Source: Proteromonas lacertae (lineage: Eukaryota). From it: 64,000 bases of DNA. Shown here piece by piece: positions 1 through 13,646 of the stretch (the stretch's first letter is position 1; the number at the start of each line of letters is the position of its first letter). The translations under genes were made by a program, and so were the position numbers. The notes below the pieces were generated by a model. It did no database searches. It saw nothing but the letters and a program-made list of their open reading frames with translations, and was not told the DNA's origin. The stretch lies in NCBI GenBank assembly GCA_002245135.1, contig NGBS01001165.1, positions 186,001 through 250,000 on the forward strand, given 5' to 3'.

Positions 1-1187
1 CCATGACCATCAGCACCAAATCTTGCCTTGTGAGCACCAGTATATTGTGAACTATCAGTTAATTTGTCGAAAATGCTTCCCTTTGTCTTAGCATTTGTAC
101 CACTAGACATTGGACCAGCACTCTTTAAGATTTTAGCTTTAACTAATTCAAATCCTTCATCTGGTGATTTATCTGGGTGTAACTTCTCAGCAGCCATATA
201 AATAGCTTTTTCGAATTGTTCATAGGTAATTTTACGTTGTCCTTGTAATTTCACCTTTGAGAAGATCAAATCAACACCAGTTGCACTTAAAGCGCTGTTA
301 ATCAATTTACAATCTCTGAATAATTTAGCGAATTTAGCATTATCCATCTCTGGAGCAGCACCTCTAGCACCAAATGCACAGAAATTATTGAATGCATCTT
401 TCAATGAGTTAGCGCTTTCACCTACTGGCTTAGCTTTAGTAGCACTTGTTCTGGATGTTCTCTTTGGAGCTGGAGCAGCGGATGGACTTACAACTGTAGC
501 ATCAGCACCTGCAGCAACAGCTTGTGCTCCTGTAGCTGGTTCATAAGCAGTAGCAGCAGCAGCAGCACCTCCTTGTGGTGGTGGAGCAATACCTGGAGCA
601 GATTGGCAAACAGCAACTGATGAAGATGCAGCTGTGGCTGTTGGAATACCTTGAGCTTTTGGACCTAAGTTATTACGGGTAATTTGTGATAAATCAGAAA
701 TACCACCTGTATTATCAACACGACCAGCAGCACCCATACCATGACCACTTTCATCGAATCTTGATTTGTGAGCACCGGTATATAATGATGTATCTGTTAA
801 TTTATCTAAAATGCCACCTTGATCAGCTTTCACTGAGTTGGTTACTGGACCATGACCAGCACAAATAGCATTGATCAATTGGTTTTGAGCTTGTTCTGGA
901 TCAACTCCTGGATATTTCTTTGCAGCCATTTGTGGAATAGACTTGTTTAAGAATTCATTAAAACCGATTTTTCTCATTCCTGGAGCTTTTGATTTAGTAA
1001 AGATAAGATCAATATCAGTTTTTGTCAATTTCTTATCTAATATCTTTGTATCTCTTGCAAGCTATGGATTATAATCTAGATGTTGATATACCTTTGCGAA
1101 TTTTGCATTATCTAATTGATTATCACCACCGCCTCCTGCACCAAAACTAGCGAAGCCAATGAAGATTTGTTGAAGCTGTTGTTCCAT
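1..1187 (-). CDS. TPPP/p25-alpha family protein with at least two tandem p25-alpha domains (3' end runs off the window)
   Basis: ATG at 1187, 30-nt intron 1062-1091. Manual translation: MEQQLQQIFIGFASFG...LDNAKFAK|LARDTKILDKKLTKTDIDLIFTKSK...LTDTSLYTGAHKSRFDESGHGMGAAGR. An Ala/Pro linker follows, then a second copy: MDNAKFAKLFRDCKLI...VDLIFSKVK...LTDSSQYTGAHKARFGADGHG. These are the p25-alpha signature motifs. Missing from the ORF track. Confidence 0.9.
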
Positions 1188-1649
1188 TTTTTAGATACGA
1201 TTAATTAGCCAATCAAATAATTTCTAGAAAGTAACGACTTTTAACCGAAAGATGTCAAATACGATTGTAATGATTGTAAAGCACATGTCACGATTGTTTA
1301 TCGATTGTTAATTCTATGCATCAGTTATACATTATAAACAAATCATTCGATGAAAATGTTAAGAATAAATGATGTAATGTGATTACTTTCTTGTTATACA
1401 AGGACATTTGATTTTGTTATGTATAGTTTTTCTGATTAATCTGAATGAAGTTATTGTTTTATATTATTTTTGATGTAGGAAGTATTTAATCCTATTGCAG
1501 CATTTCAAATTGATTTTGCATTTCGAGAAGAATGAGTTAATAGAAATAATTGTGATAAAAGTATCTAGATAATAACATTTCTGTTTTTAGATCCATAAAA
1601 AAAAGCATTCAATCTTATATTTAGAGAAATAAATAACATAGATTATCAA

Positions 1650-4600
1650 TTAATGATTACTAGGAGAGTTTTCTGGATATACTCTACTACGATTCATAAA
1701 TAATATGCTTCTACTAATACTCTTCTTTGATAAATCTGTATTGATAATTAATTTTGAAGTTTTTGATACATATATCCCATAGAATTTGGGTAAAACACTA
1801 AGTTAAAGTTACTACACAATAACAATAATATAATAAAAAAGATATGCATAGACATTATAGTTTGAAGAATTCCTAAAACAGTTAATCCAATTGAACAAAC
1901 GTAACTCTTCACTATCACATCATCAGTTATTTGACCAATGAAAAAAATAGTTATTATAACAACCAGTACAAAATAGGAATTAAGAAAAACATCTTTCAAT
2001 TGAACAATAACTGCAAAAAAAAAGATATAAGTTGCAGTTCCAACATAACAAATTTGTTTTGATTCAAAGTATTTTGTGTCAGTGTTCTTTACACTATATA
2101 AAACTATAAACAGAAGAATGGATGTAATTATTATCAATATCCATGTGATATAACTATATTATAAAAATAAATATATGAATCTTACTAATATATTTGATTA
2201 ACTTGACAATAAGAGAATAATGTCAATTCTAAAAAGGATGAATTATTTTCATATGTTTTCTCTACACTTCTATTCACACAATATAAATACAGCAAATATA
2301 TATACAGAGGAGGTTTAACCACTAACCATATTATCATATATATTCCTCCAATTGTCATAGTAATACAAAAACCTCTTATAACACTTTTCATTAAAAATGG
2401 TAACTATTTATAATAAAATATAGTTAAATATATACAGATTTTAATCCAGTTCCATTTATAGTTAAAAACCAGTTTATTTTTGATTCAAATATTGCAAATA
2501 TTAAACTGAATGTAATTAAAAGAAGAACTTCTCTTATATAACAAACTGGAGAGAATGTATGTGGAGTAATTATATTTGTAAATCCTGTTGTTATTGCGAT
2601 TTCTGAAGCTATAATTGTTAAAATACAATAAGAAATATTTGCTTTTCTTATAATTGATTGCCTTCGGTTTATTCTCAATAAAACAATGATTATGATATTG
2701 ATAAGTGTAACAATAGCAATTAATGCATAATAAATGACTTTATATTCCAAAGCCAAATCATAATAAACTGTTTTCCTACCAAAATATTCTTCAATATTAT
2801 TTGGTATAATCTCCATAGTTGTTAATGAAAATAGTTTCTTAAAATCTGTCATTATACCAACTGCTAAAGGTATTTTTATTAAATTATTATCCAGTATCTC
2901 ATAATTACCAAGTGTGGATGAAAATGAATGGTTATAAACGGCTAAACGAAGAATATCACCTCCACATTTATCACCTGCTTCAATATGTAATTCTGAATAG
3001 CATTTTTCATACATTCTCATTATTACATCTACTAATAAATAAGCATGATAAGCTTTCTCATCTCCAGTTAAAATATTATTTGAAAATTGAGTAATTAATG
3101 CTGAAAATGGATTTGACATTATTTCACTCATGTAAATCAAACACAAATAACATTTGACTTAATTCTGCAGTATATGGTTGTATTTCATTATATGTTTGTC
3201 TGTAGAATATGATTCTTGAACTATCATGTTGACAACCAGCATCTTTATATGAAGATAAGATATATGGAATTGATTCACTTCTCATTGTATTAATAACTAT
3301 TAATAACATATAAAAGAGGTTAAAACATACTCATAAATCTTTCGCCTTTACTTGTCAAATCTCTTAATGTTGAAACTATAGTTGGTGTTATTTCATCATA
3401 ATATTTAAACACAAATCTCTTAATTATACTAATTCCATCTTTATTTAGTTTCTGAATCATATAATCTAAAAATGGTTCAGCATTGAAATGATGAATTAAA
3501 GATTCAAAATTACATATACAAAAAAAAAGATATAAATATTTATCGTCTTTCATTTCTAAAGTTACATAAATATTAAAACTGAACTTGTAAAACAAATACT
3601 TTGTAATCTGATACAAATGATCTTCATTATATGAAAAAGAAATAAAATTACTCTGAATTATTTTGTTTGAAGAAAAATCATCAATATGAATAAATAAAAC
3701 ATTTGTATCTGAATAGTCTTTAAAATTATACAAATCTCTTGTTGGACAGAACAATAAACATAACGAAACTCTATTCAAAGATCTAAGAAATTTCAATCCA
3801 TCATTAATCTCATTTCCATCTGTATAAGAATATACAATTGTTTTAAATGTAACATTGGATAAAATATCAGGTATAATATACTGATTCTTTGTTACAAATC
3901 TTCTCATAAATGCATGATATACTCCTGTATAATTGTTTTGAGAATCAATAAGTATTTTGTATATAATAAATATTGGTATTGTTGGAACTTCAATTCTATC
4001 TAATGGATTTGAAGGATTACTAAAATCACAAGTGATTATTGGATTATCATCATTATCAATTGTTGCAGAATCCATTAAAGTGTCTATCAAGTATTCTATT
4101 CTATTTTTATTATTAATAAACTTGCTAATTATTATAGGTCTTGTTACATGATGATCATATTCTAACATTACTGACGAATAAGGAGTTAATATCATTGTTT
4201 GAACTTCTTTTAATATTTCATCAGTCTCAAACACTGTTGCTTTTGTCACACAAGTTTTCCATAAGTTTATAGTAACATACGAATTATACATTACATCTGT
4301 TATATGTCTTTTTCCATAACAATTATTATACTCTGTTTGAAATTGTTTCAATTGTGTTAAAGAGTTATTCACAAATGAATATCTCTTTATTGTATCAAGA
4401 GAAGTTAGTTCTTCTACAAATACTGAAGTAAATATAGTATTATTTAATAGGTATCTATCTTTTTCTTCTACACTATATGGATATATATCAGTAATAACTT
4501 TAATATCACTTTCATTAACGAATTTACTAACCTTTTCTAAAACTGATTTTGGATTTGTTAAACATTGTCCCATCATCACAGCGACTGCAATATTTGCATT

Positions 4601-7600
4601 TGTATTATTACCAACTACTTTTAAAGCATTATCCAATGTGAAGTTATTATTTTTTATAGAGAAGAATATACAATTAAAATGTTCAACTATTCTTACTCTT
4701 TTCCCACAATAATCCTTATAACCATTATACGAAGCAAAATCATCAATATTAACATATAGCAACACAGAAGAAATTGAATTCAGTTGATAGAAGTTTTCAA
4801 TAACATCATATGTTTGGAGAGGATATGAACCAGTGTAAATAATATTTCTTTTACATTCATTCCCTTCATAATTTGGTAAATACCACATTAGTTTATTATA
4901 TTTTTCAAACAATGGATATATTGCTTTTCTTTCTATACTATTTATATACACAAAATAACCAATTACATTTTCATCTTTAAAATAGTCTTCAATTTCATCT
5001 ACTTCAATAAATATCGATTTGATAAAAAACCCAATCAATCCACCTTTATCATTTATTCTTTTCAATGCTAAAGTAATTCCTCTAAACACTTCTCTCTCTT
5101 TCTCACTAATATCAATAAATTCATCCTTGAAAACTATTGCTACAGTTTTAGTATCTTGAGTTCTTATCAAACCATTTCTATAATCAACATATATGTATTG
5201 CTTTGAATCATTTGTAAAGCCATAAGGATTAATAACTGTTGTATCAGGGTTTACTACCAACATTTCTTCCTCATTTGTCATATTAACAACAGACACTGGA
5301 TAAAGAAGATAATTTGTTGTTGAAATACTATAAGTAGTGTAAGATGTTTTGATGTTTACTTTATATAGTTCCTTCACTAACTTTGATTTACTATACTCAC
5401 TATTATCTGTTTTTAATGTTATATGATATGCCTGTAAAAACATATTCATCATAATAAACAACGAAAACTGTTTTCTCTGTAATATTCTTGATCCAAATAC
5501 ATCAACGTGTATCTTTTCATAATTATCATATTCCATAATATTAGATAAATCATATTCTTCTACATTCAATATTTCTTTAGTCAAAGATTTAACTCCATGA
5601 TTCTTTGCATAATAAAATACACTTGACTTCAATCTGTTTAGAATTACAGTAATTAAATAGATATTCTGTTTGTGTTATATCCAAATACGAATAATAATGA
5701 ATATTCTTTTCCTTAAACCCATTATTCTTATTACAATTAATTCTCAAATATTCATCCATCTCTTTTCCCATCAGAAAAACTGTAATAATTAATATTTCCT
5801 CAAACGAATCTAAATAATCAGATATTTCTTGAATAGACTTACTTCCATCATAATATACTTCTTCTTTATTAAGACAGTATGAACTAGTATACTCATAGAT
5901 TAACTTTGTAGTTAACCTTTGTGGATATAGTAAATAAACACATCTAGTATTAGATGGATAAGTTGATTTTATATAATTGAAAAAGGGACATAATAACTGT
6001 GTTACCAATCCACCAGAATAAAAGATTGACGTAGAATTTGTAGATGAAGGAGTAGTAATAAATGGGAAAATTAATAGTTTATCAGATTGTTCTATCACAT
6101 CTCTTACCATATTCAACTGGCCTAATGAATTACCACCAACTATTATTATTACTTCAGGATTATTCACTAGTTCCACAACCTTTTTTCTAAATGATTCATC
6201 ATCACTTTCTGAATCTAATACCATATAATCCAAACAAACTTTATCTAAATAATTATAGAATAAATAATATGTAAATAAATATACATGTCTTACAATAAAA
6301 ATCAATTGCAGATATAGCTATTAATATATGACTAATCTCTAAATTGGAATATTTTCCAGATACTGAACCAACTAATCCTATTTTCTTTCTACCACGACAT
6401 TTATAATAATTTCTAATATCTTCATATTCGTAACTGCAATGACATCCATTATGCTCTGGATATATCCACAACAATCTGAATGCTTTAATAGCTATATTAG
6501 AGACAGAATATAATTGCATCTCTCTATTGTATTTATCAATCCTTATTTCATTTACTACTGTTGACATTTGCCTTTCATCATTAAAATATGAATATGAATC
6601 AATCTCTATTTCATTTTCTTTCATATAATTAGATATAACTCCTAAATCAAACGATTTTACTGTATGAACTACTGTAAACCATCTATAATATGTTAAGTAT
6701 CCAGATAAAACAGATCCTTCAAGTGCGATATTATATGTCATCTTATAGTTCATTTCCTCATTAGAATCATATTCAGTTGGAACTTCAGTTGAGTATATAT
6801 ATTCAAATGGATTAAGAATCATTATAACTTAAATACTTATAAAATGGTACATATATTGGATAATTCACTCTATCTAATTCATTCAGTACTTCCAATAAAT
6901 CTATCTGGTATAAACAAAATGATGATTAAAGAATGATCACTAAAAGCTTTGATTCTTTCTAAGTAAAAATAATGATCATCTGTTGAATTATATTGTAATT
7001 CTAATAATGCAGCACCAACATAGTTATAATAATTTCTTATGTATATCATAAAATCTTCATATCTTTTATTGTATATAACAACAGCACTAAAGAAATCATT
7101 AAACATAAAATAGTTGAATGAAGCTTTAAAGTATTGATTCATTGATAATCCTGAATTAATTACATTTAAAGAACAAGTTCCTTCTATTGAATTAGCAGAC
7201 CAAATTAACAAATTATTATCTTCTGCATATGGTATAAATGTGTCTAAACAAACCTTTGAATTACATCCGAATATACCAACAATAGTATAATTCTGTAAAA
7301 GATTATTTAAATCTTTGTAACCTTTATCTTTATCATATTCCTTATTAAACACAATTTCATAATGTAAAATTTTCTTATTCAATACAGGAATTTCGCTTCT
7401 AAATTTGGATAATAATCCTATTGTAAATTCTTCATAATAAAACATATATTCATCTATTACAACAATTGCAATTTTGGTTTTTTCAAGTATCATTTCTTCA
7501 GCATACATACATCTTTGAAATGATGGTTCATACGAGGTTATACTATCAGGAAATATCATTTTTACTGATGAAATATATAATACATCATGATTATATATTT

Positions 7601-10600
7601 CTTTTAGATAATACTTCTTTGTAATCAAATGATTCTTTAGCATCATCATTTCACCAGTTGGTGTATCTATAAGCTTATCAAACGGAAATACACCATCTGG
7701 AATGAAATATTCAAACACAATATAAGCTAATGTCATTGACACTGATAGATGAGAGGAAGTTGTTATTCCTTTTATTCTATTATTCTTTCCATAACCTGGA
7801 ACAAAACCCATTTCATTTTTATTATATGGAGATGATCCTATGTAATAAATGTTGTGATGATAGTTTTCCTCAATTCTGTCAGAGGAATCATTATCAAGAT
7901 TGATAAGTATATATTTATTTAAAGCAGCAGGAGTTCCTGTAATTAACTGATATAATTTCTGTTTTATTGATGAAGAAAATGAAAAATATATTAATACACA
8001 TTTATCACTATTTTTACATTTTTCAGTGATATAACTAGATATAAAAATCCAACCACTTTTTGATTCAAATATATATACACTTCCTTTTATAAAGTATGTA
8101 TCGAAGTTTTTCTTTAATATATCAGCATATACATCATACAAATATATGCTTTTATCCATTAAAGCAATGGTCATTTCATATCTTCTGTAATATATGAAAT
8201 GATACAACAATGTCAGTTCTTGAATATAGACATTACCAATGAAATAGATGTTATTAAAACAATCAATTCCATGTGCATGAAAACTTGATAATAAAAATAC
8301 ATTAGTACCATCTAAGACAGATTGTATTGCTTTTAATCCACCAATTAATGGATGTCCACCTAATATAATCTCCACTTTTTCAGATAATAAGTATTCTATA
8401 TCTTTCTTTATCTCCTCAGCATCATTAGACAATCCTCTAACTATCAATCTATATTCTATAGATGCATTGTTTGTAGCTCTATATATTTCAAAAGTTTTAA
8501 AGATTATTGAAGGTGTGTCGAGGTAGTCTAAGAACAAATAGGGATTAATTATTCCAACTGAAACATATCTATCATATGTTGCATTAAAAACACATTCAGA
8601 ATACGTATATACAGTGTGAATATAAACAGTAGGAATTAGTATTATTGAGTATCTTTGAGGAAGTTGATTTCCTTCATATAAATGAGAATAGAAATAACTC
8701 AATTTACTGTGATGGTGATGATCAATACTGAATTCATTATTACTTACTGTTATATTCTTATTAACCATTTCATACTTATAATTATCAGAATAATCCATAT
8801 GACATTCAACTATTAGTCTTGATATTAAATATGAAAGATATGAAAAAGTTGAAAGAATATATTTTTTACCTTTAGAATCATTATTATTCTGACTATAACC
8901 TGATATTTGATTTATATATTTTACCAAATTCTCATTTCTATCATCTTTTACCAATGAAGTCATATAATCAAAATCACTCAACTCTTTTTCATTGAAATAC
9001 TTGGATAAATAATATAAGCTAGATAATGTGAAATACTGAAATGAATAAGGAAGCCTGCTGTTATAAACCATTATATTATCATAGATATATCTTGTAAACA
9101 AATATCTTTCTTTGTTTTGTATAGAAAAATCCACTATTGATCCACCATTCATCAAAGCATATCGTATATTATTAACAACTTTATAATAATCATCTGATGT
9201 AGAATTATCATATACTATTGAATATTTTATTGAATCTAATCCATATGTTGTAGTGTAACGATTAAAAGCGTTTAACAAATCTATTCCAATATCACTTAAA
9301 TCAAATATAAAATAAGATTCATCTAAATTATTAAAATGTTCTTGATAGGTTGATAATATATCTACGTAACTTGGTCCAATATAAAAAACAAGTGTATGAC
9401 AAACATCTATTTGGGTAAAGCCGATATTGAAGAAAGGAAGTGAATATGACTCTAACAATGGAACGATTTGATTTATCAACATACTATTCAGATTACCAAT
9501 TATTGCAATCATTGATTTATCATTCTTTATCCTTTCTTCAATTCCATTGTACAAATCTTCATCATTTTCTACATGAAGAGAGATAAATCTCTAAAATAAT
9601 ATAAAAAATATATATACATAATATGAATGATCTATTTTAATATTTATTTGATCAAGTGCTGCTAATATTCCTACCATTTCAGATCCATCTGAATCACTCA
9701 TCTCTGATTGAATAAATAGAATTGTAAAATATTTCCTTGATTCCATACACTGAGTATTTGAGAATGACAAATTACATAATTTCACTTCTGTTTGAGTGAA
9801 TGTAGGTAGAGATGTACCATTTAATGAATAGTTACCTTTGTATACCACAATTGTATTATTTCTATCAATATTTGTTCTATTCAATACTGAATATGTATCA
9901 ATATAATGATTTGAATTTAACACTAATCCAAATTCTTCCATTGAATCAATATCCACATGTTGAATTGATTCTAGCAATAAAAATAATGTTGTACTATTAA
10001 CATAATAACAATAACATATTATTATACATAATATAAGGACTGCCATCTTCAATAGGATAATCTATTCTCACTTTACTATCGGCTGAATAAATTGCATTGA
10101 CAAACATGTTTGAAAACTTACCTGATTTTTCTCCAACAATTATATCATTTTTGAAATGATGTAATTTCTTCAGTATTTGGTATTCATTTAAATACATATG
10201 GAACTTTGATATACTGTATAGACTTTCATCATTATATAATTCTTCTGTATCATGAATATTCAATATATTCACTATAAAGTCACACTTGTTCTTAATGCTA
10301 TTTCTTATAGTATCTTTATCTGATTCTTCCTTCTTAAAGTAATATATCTTTATCAGCGAATTAAGAAGTGGATTTGTTTGAAAAAAATTATATGTATATT
10401 CTGTTGAAACATCATTTTCTTTTCCTATTATACAAATATTCTTTGCTCCAATTGAAAATAAATAACTATTAACTCCAAATAGTATTTGGGATAATGTTCT
10501 TTCAAGTTGATAATATTTTCTATCACATATCATTCCAACTGATATTCCTACATTATAGAATGTGATATTTGTTGTTTTGATTATTTCAAACACATCGTTA

Positions 10601-11071
10601 AGAATATTATCATTGAATAATCATTAAGAAAACAAAAAATAAATACTTAAAAAAAAAACACAAAAAACAAAAAAAAAGATATGAAATACTTGCCATAATT
10701 CTAGCAATATTCTTCTTCTTTGAATCTTCAATAACATTTTTATAACAATTATAATCTTCTAAATCACATTCATAAAATATAAACTGGAAATCACTGATTA
10801 GTGTAGGGAAAAATGTGATATGAAGATAATTTGTTAGATATTGATAGAAGGATTCGAATTCTTTTATTCTTTCTTCTACAACAAATGCGATTCTTTGCAT
10901 ATAAATGTCATTATCTAAGTAATAACAATTATTAAAATATATATTTTATACATTCTTCATTAATTGCAGTACATGTCAAAACATGACCATCACCAATTGT
11001 CACTCTATCATCAGAAGAATAAATTGGTATTAAAGATCTTTCAACCATCTCAGAATTGATAATCTATTCCC

Positions 11072-11103
<32 letters not shown>

Positions 11104-13472
11104 AATAGAAAGAATTCTGTATATTTACTCAAATTGTCAGTAATTGAAGTTTCTTGATAGACAGAAATATCTTGAAAAACAACCTGTCTTAAACATCTAT
11201 TGAATAATTAAAACAATATTAATATATACTTAGTATAAATGGATGGATATCTACTTCCACATCCTTGAATTGCTGTTGTATAAGATAGAAAGCTTTGATA
11301 TGATAATATAAATTCATTGTTGAAATTTGCTGATAATAAAAACTCACTCATTTCGTTCTTTAACTCTTCAGATATCATTTCAGGAGTTATTGTAGTTACT
11401 AAATAGCTTTTTGGATACTATTATATTATATAAATAATAACATAAAATTCTATAATACATATTGATTTGGATCTATCACTATTTTCTTAAAAATTATATG
11501 GTATTGAGATGAAAAGAATATGTATTTAATCTTATGAAAATATGATCCACAATAATTGATGTTTGAAAAAACTTTATCAACACACTCTTGAGCTATAAAT
11601 ACAAGGTTATAAATATCAAAATTGGGTAAAGCACAAATATCATCTATTACTTTATTTCCATCACATAAATCTAATAGTTTTATTTCATTAAACACATCAC
11701 TATTATCTTTAATTAATATCTTCATTTCTTCAGTATAATAAAACGGATGAACATAAACTATTGTTCTTTGTTCATAAGCTCTTACTCTTCTCATAAAAAA
11801 AGTGATTGTTTTTGCCATAGATATAATTCCATAATTAAAAAATGTAATTGAATCTTCACAATTGAATCTAATTTGTACTTTATAATTAAAGAAGTGAATG
11901 CTATTTCCTTTCAAAACTATTAATAAATAAAGAGTAAAATATTAAAAAGAATAATACATGGAAATAACAGAGTATTAACTGTATCATTAAACTCCCCAAA
12001 GATTGTATGAATGTCATATTTTGCAGTTATATCATATAGCTAATTATATTATAATAACAGAAATAAAGAATACTTTATGAAAAAAATTATCATCAGTTTC
12101 TTCACAAAATATATGTAATACAAAATATGTATTTTCAATTTTCTATAATGAAAAGATAAATACAAATATATATCTTATACTTCTGTATTATAACTATCAA
12201 TTACAGCATCCATACCATTAACTATCTGTTGTCTACTTAACGAACAGTATGGTCCATAATCAACAAACAGTATATGCTCAAATACATATGGATAAGGTAA
12301 AGAATAACTCATTAATTCTTTAAAACTTACAGCATTTGGATGATAGAACCTTGGATCAATATTCATAGCATATCTACCATCATAATCTATAATAATATAT
12401 AAACTACTGTCATAAGTTAATAAAAACATTCTTCCTATTGCATTACCTGCTTCTGTCAGCATATATTCATATTCTGGTGTTTTATATACATCAAGTCTAA
12501 ATCTTTGAAGAATTTTTGGTTTTGTGAATTTAGCTTTTTTAACTATCTTTAACCAATACTTTGATGTATAATATACAAAATACATTTCATCTGTAATAAT
12601 AATATCATTGTATCCTTCTTTCTTATATAGTTTACTGAAACTTGATTCAACCTCATTACTCTCTTCATAATAATAGGTAACTACACTATGCCTTTGTAAT
12701 TCATTTGGATGAGTGTAGAATGTATAATAAGTTGAACTGAGTAATGATAGGAATTGATAATCATTATTTAGATTAGATATAACTGTAAGTACTTCTGGTG
12801 TAAAATCTATTGGTTCTAAAACTGAAAAAATCTTGTGAATTGAAGATGAAGAAGATGATCCAAAATTGAAATTTGTATTATTTGAATAAAGGAAAGTATA
12901 TTCTCTTCTTTTTACTAAATCATATTCATCTATTCTTGATAAAAATTCAAGTACTTTGTCAGTGTAAGGCGAAGATTTTGATGGAAACAAAAATGCAATA
13001 TCTTCTTCATCATTCACTTGAAACAACACTATAATAGATTATATATACTAAATTATATACAAAATATCAATTTCGATAAAAATAAACCATTTGATATAAA
13101 TGGACTGTTTGGATATAAATTTAAATCAAACGGATTTATAATCACAGATATATTTTGGTTAGTATAATTGTAATATGACTCATAACATTTAACTGATATA
13201 CCTGTAAATATCAATGAATATTCTTTATCCAATAATTTGTTCATCTCTTCTCCACATGTATTTGGATTTTGATATACAACATCATCTACTATAAAATTAA
13301 AATAATCTTCGTATGATTCATCTTTAAATGCTAAATGAACTGATCTAGAGATTAAAATGTCTTCAGGATTGGACGGAGAGTATAATATTCCTATATGTAT
13401 ATCTTTAATAGCGCTACAAACAGTAAATGTGATTAAAATAATAAATAAATGAATATTGGATGATATATTCAT
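1650..13472 (-). CDS. Giant class C GPCR-like receptor: signal peptide + ~9 tandem type-1 periplasmic-binding (AmiC/UrtA-like Venus flytrap) domains + 7TM_3 domain
   Basis: The minus-strand ORFs from 13472 to 1748 join through short GT-AG introns (e.g. 13029-13060); a few junctions need a 1-nt correction. UrtA/AmiC-like motif: GITLALKRINDKGGLIG...SIERKAIYPLFEKYNKLMWYLPNYEGNECKRNIIYTGSYP. Class C 7TM motifs: RRQSIIRKANISYC, CYIREVLLLITFSLIFAIFESKI, YFESKQI and spliced VLPKFY. Stop at 1650-1652. Confidence 0.8.
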
Positions 13473-13646
13473 ACTTATTAAAAACTATTTTGAAACATAA
13501 TCCGTTACACAAATTATTTTTTATTTTATCAAAAAACACAAGAATTAATTGACTAAATAAATAAATATCAGCATGTACAAATAATATGCTATTGAATGTT
13601 CTGACTAGTATAAGATCTAACTATTCTCTAAAAATATGTAAACTAT

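Noticed and set aside
1650..13472. Reading the region as a bacterial ABC-transporter operon of periplasmic binding proteins
   Set aside because: The ORFs are joined by spliceosomal introns, only the first has a signal peptide, no permease or ATPase is present, and the chain ends in a 7TM domain.
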